Source: a virus
Lineage: Duplodnaviria > Caudoviricetes
Reading direction: 5' to 3' (one strand)
DNA: 64,000 nt
Virus record (IMG/VR): IMGVR_UViG_3300020403_000006
Coordinates: 4,339 to 68,338 of that record
Of this stretch, positions 61,854 to 64,000 are shown one piece after another (position 1 is the stretch's first letter; each line of letters begins with the position of its first letter). Made by a program: the position numbers and the translations under genes. The notes under the pieces are model-generated. The model was not told the origin of the DNA. It did not search any database and saw only the letters and a list, made by a program, of their open reading frames with translations.

Positions 61854-63053
61854 GTGAAGGGTAATGATATATTAAGGTATAATTCTGCTAGATTATTTGC
61901 TGCATCAAGGACTGTACCCGATCAAATACAGGCAATATCATTAATACAGGACTTTAGTTTTGGATTTAATATCCAAAGAGAAGAAATAAAATCCGTAGGA
62001 TATGAGGAAATATTAAAGCCAGTCATATCTAACCAAAGACCTTATTTAAGCTTTTCATATTTCTTATCAGATGTAGATAATGAGAAATTATTTAGGATGC
62101 CCGTTACATCCGAAGCGGCAATATTAGATAAAATTCCTTTATTTTCTGGGCTAGAATCTTTTGATTTGTTTTTTCTATCCAACACAGAAGGTCAAGATTT
62201 CAAAGATTTTACACCCGAAGGAGAATTATCAGCATGTGCATTTATTAATGCAAATTTAACCAGTTATTCTTTTGATATATTAGCGTCTGGACTAATAAAG
62301 GTTAACGTTTCTTTTGAGGCGGAAGATGTTTTATATGATACATTTGAAAATATATCAGACTATAGTTACTTGGATTACGACAGAGAGGATCTACAAATAA
62401 CAAATAGAAATATTTTCCAAATAAATGATGGGCAAAGAGAAATTAATTTAGGTATAGGGGGGTTTGAGACTCAAGGACGAGTTCAATCCTTCTCTTTTTC
62501 TGCGGATATATCGAGGAAAGTGCTTTATGATTTTGGGCAACATGCTCACCAAAGAGAAATAATGTTTCCAGTAGAGGCTTCAATTAGCTTAGACGCTTTT
62601 GTGAGTAATCAAATATCTGGAAGATTAAAAAATATACTTTGTGAAAATCATTCAACCGATTTTTTGATATCAAACTCAAGAGCTACATGCGAAAACCCGA
62701 ATATTGATGATGATAAGTCTGGAATGGCATTTCTTGGTTCGAGATTAGTTTCTCAACAATATGAAACTTCAGTCTCTAAAGGAGATTATCTTACTACATC
62801 TTTAAATTTTTCATTAGACATACCTAAAGTTTTTACAGGGAAAGCTGGTGCATTTATAAGTCAGCACATAACACAACTTGATGGTATTGTAACATCAGAG
62901 GATAGTGAGCCTGATGGAGCGGGGGGGAGAAGGTCAAAAACAGGAACTGGTAATGTTCTAGATATTTTACTTGAAGATGGTAGTGGTGGTAAGCTGTTAC
63001 TTGAGGTTGCTAAAGACATGATTGAACAATTAAGGGATCTTCAGGGCGGATAA
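61854..63053 (+). CDS. Paralog of the major tail tube protein
   Basis: Collinear by-eye matches to 28226: LIQDFSFGFNIQR~RVQSANYSFTINR, NANLTSYS~NGFLSDYT, VQSFSFSADISR~IQNFSLSLPLSR. Confidence 0.7.
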   Translation: MKGNDILRYNSARLFAASRTVPDQIQAISLIQDFSFGFNIQREEIKSVGYEEILKPVISNQRPYLSFSYFLSDVDNEKLFRMPVTSEAAILDKIPLFSGLESFDLFFLSNTEGQDFKDFTPEGELSACAFINANLTSYSFDILASGLIKVNVSFEAEDVLYDTFENISDYSYLDYDREDLQITNRNIFQINDGQREINLGIGGFETQGRVQSFSFSADISRKVLYDFGQHAHQREIMFPVEASISLDAFVSNQISGRLKNILCENHSTDFLISNSRATCENPNIDDDKSGMAFLGSRLVSQQYETSVSKGDYLTTSLNFSLDIPKVFTGKAGAFISQHITQLDGIVTSEDSEPDGAGGRRSKTGTGNVLDILLEDGSGGKLLLEVAKDMIEQLRDLQGG

Positions 63054-63072
63054 ATAAGTGTAAGGTAATATA

Positions 63073-64000
63073 ATGGCTGTAGATAGAAAAATTTCAGATC
63101 TCGATAACGTTCCTTATCTTAAAGGGACCGATTACTTTTTAGTAGCCAGAGAAGACTTTAACAACTACAAGATAGACTTTAAGACTCTATTTGGTGATGT
63201 AGTTTATGTTACTGGCGATCAAACAGTAAATGGAATAAAAACTTTTACATCTTTTATTGTTGGTAATGTTAGCGGAAACCTTTCTGGCATAGCGAGATAT
63301 GTTCAAGATGGTGTTTATACTACTGGAGATCAAACTATCGGAGGTATAAAAACTTTCGAGGAGTTCATTGAAGGAAATGTTAGCGGAAACCTTTCAGGAA
63401 CAGCAAGATATGTAGTAGACGGAGTATATACAACTGGTGACCAAAGTATATATGGGGTAAAAACATTTGATGATTTTGTAAAAGCGAATGTTAGTGGGAA
63501 TTTATCTGGAACAGCTAGGTATGTTCAGGACGGTGTTTATCTAACTGGAGACCAGTTAATCGGTGGAATTAAAAGTTTTCAAAATTTTGTAAATGCTAAT
63601 GTTAGCGGAAATCTCTCTGGTACAGCTAGATATGTTCAGGATGGGGTCTATGTAACAGGAGATCAATCTGGAGCAAAATTTGGAATTAGCGGAATTAAAG
63701 ATTTTCGTGATGATATTTACTTAAGCGGTTCTCCTATAGCAAGACATATAGAAGATGCTGTTGGGAATGTTAGAGATTATGCAGTTTACATTACTGGCAA
63801 TCAGTATATAAGCGGCATAAAATCTTTCGATTCTTTTATCTCTGGAAATGTAAGCGGCAATCTTTCTGGAACCGCAAGGTATGTACAAGACGGAGTTTAC
63901 CTTACTGGCGAGCAAACCATAATAGGTGGTAAAAGGTTTCTTGAGCCAATCACGGGAAATCTTTCGGGAACCTCCATGTATGTCAGAGACGGTGTCTATA
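63073..64000 (+). CDS. Tail-fibre-like protein with 37-aa repeats (runs off the right edge; missing from ORF track)
   Basis: MAVDRKISDL...YFLVAR N-terminus, then VYxTGDQxIxGxKxF...NVSGNLSGTARYVQDG repeats; open frame to the window end. Confidence 0.85.
   Translation, partial: MAVDRKISDLDNVPYLKGTDYFLVAREDFNNYKIDFKTLFGDVVYVTGDQTVNGIKTFTSFIVGNVSGNLSGIARYVQDGVYTTGDQTIGGIKTFEEFIEGNVSGNLSGTARYVVDGVYTTGDQSIYGVKTFDDFVKANVSGNLSGTARYVQDGVYLTGDQLIGGIKSFQNFVNANVSGNLSGTARYVQDGVYVTGDQSGAKFGISGIKDFRDDIYLSGSPIARHIEDAVGNVRDYAVYITGNQYISGIKSFDSFISGNVSGNLSGTARYVQDGVYLTGEQTIIGGKRFLEPITGNLSGTSMYVRDGVY
63202..64000 (+). repeat. Coding tandem repeat, 111-nt unit
   Basis: Units start at 63202, 63313, 63424, 63535, 63646 (irregular), 63784, 63895 (33 aa) and 63994. 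Confidence 0.9.

Noticed and set aside
63202-64000. CRISPR-like or non-coding tandem array
   Set aside because: Units are 111 nt, in frame, synonymously diverged and lack spacers: a coding repeat.
1-64000. Stop-codon reassignment, tRNA/rRNA genes, integrase, DGR or transposase
   Set aside because: Standard-code ORFs tile the window with tight coupling and use all three stop codons; intergenic gaps are short with no cloverleaf or such enzymes recognised.
1-64000. Host assignment (for example PVC or Bacteroidota)
   Set aside because: Sparse Shine-Dalgarno use and a spanin-like gene only hint at a diderm host; nothing in the window identifies it.

Overview
This 64 kb, AT-rich window is a continuous stretch of a large tailed-phage genome covering most of virion morphogenesis. 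It is probably a long-tailed siphovirus: the tail tip is lambda/T5-like and no sheath gene is seen. The left minus-strand block holds the TerL N-terminus (runs off the window), an AdoMetDC-like protein, a C2H2-finger/ERCC4 nuclease, a thermonuclease, a Cys4-containing sigma-like factor, PhoH and a J-domain protein. The plus strand then carries a glycosyltransferase-like/sulfotransferase fusion, a DUF285/BspA repeat protein, a trypsin-like protease, portal, prohead protease/scaffold, decoration protein, major capsid protein, neck genes, a GT-like/FkbM pair, major tail protein, a 4258-aa tape measure protein (TMP), tube paralogs, gpM/L/K/I/J-like tip genes and repeat fibres. The most unusual signals: (1) about 1,530 aa inside the TMP is an array of unrelated modules separated by ten Gx[IVL]PN[YF] motifs; (2) glycan-building, methylating and sulfating enzymes sit among the head genes, suggesting a modified virion coat; (3) a recurrent GTG-TAnnnT promoter-like motif places the predicted +1 at or next to the start codon of six genes (leaderless mRNAs). 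No tRNA, rRNA, CRISPR array, integrase or genetic-code reassignment was seen. All calls are by-eye motif recognition; no database search was run.
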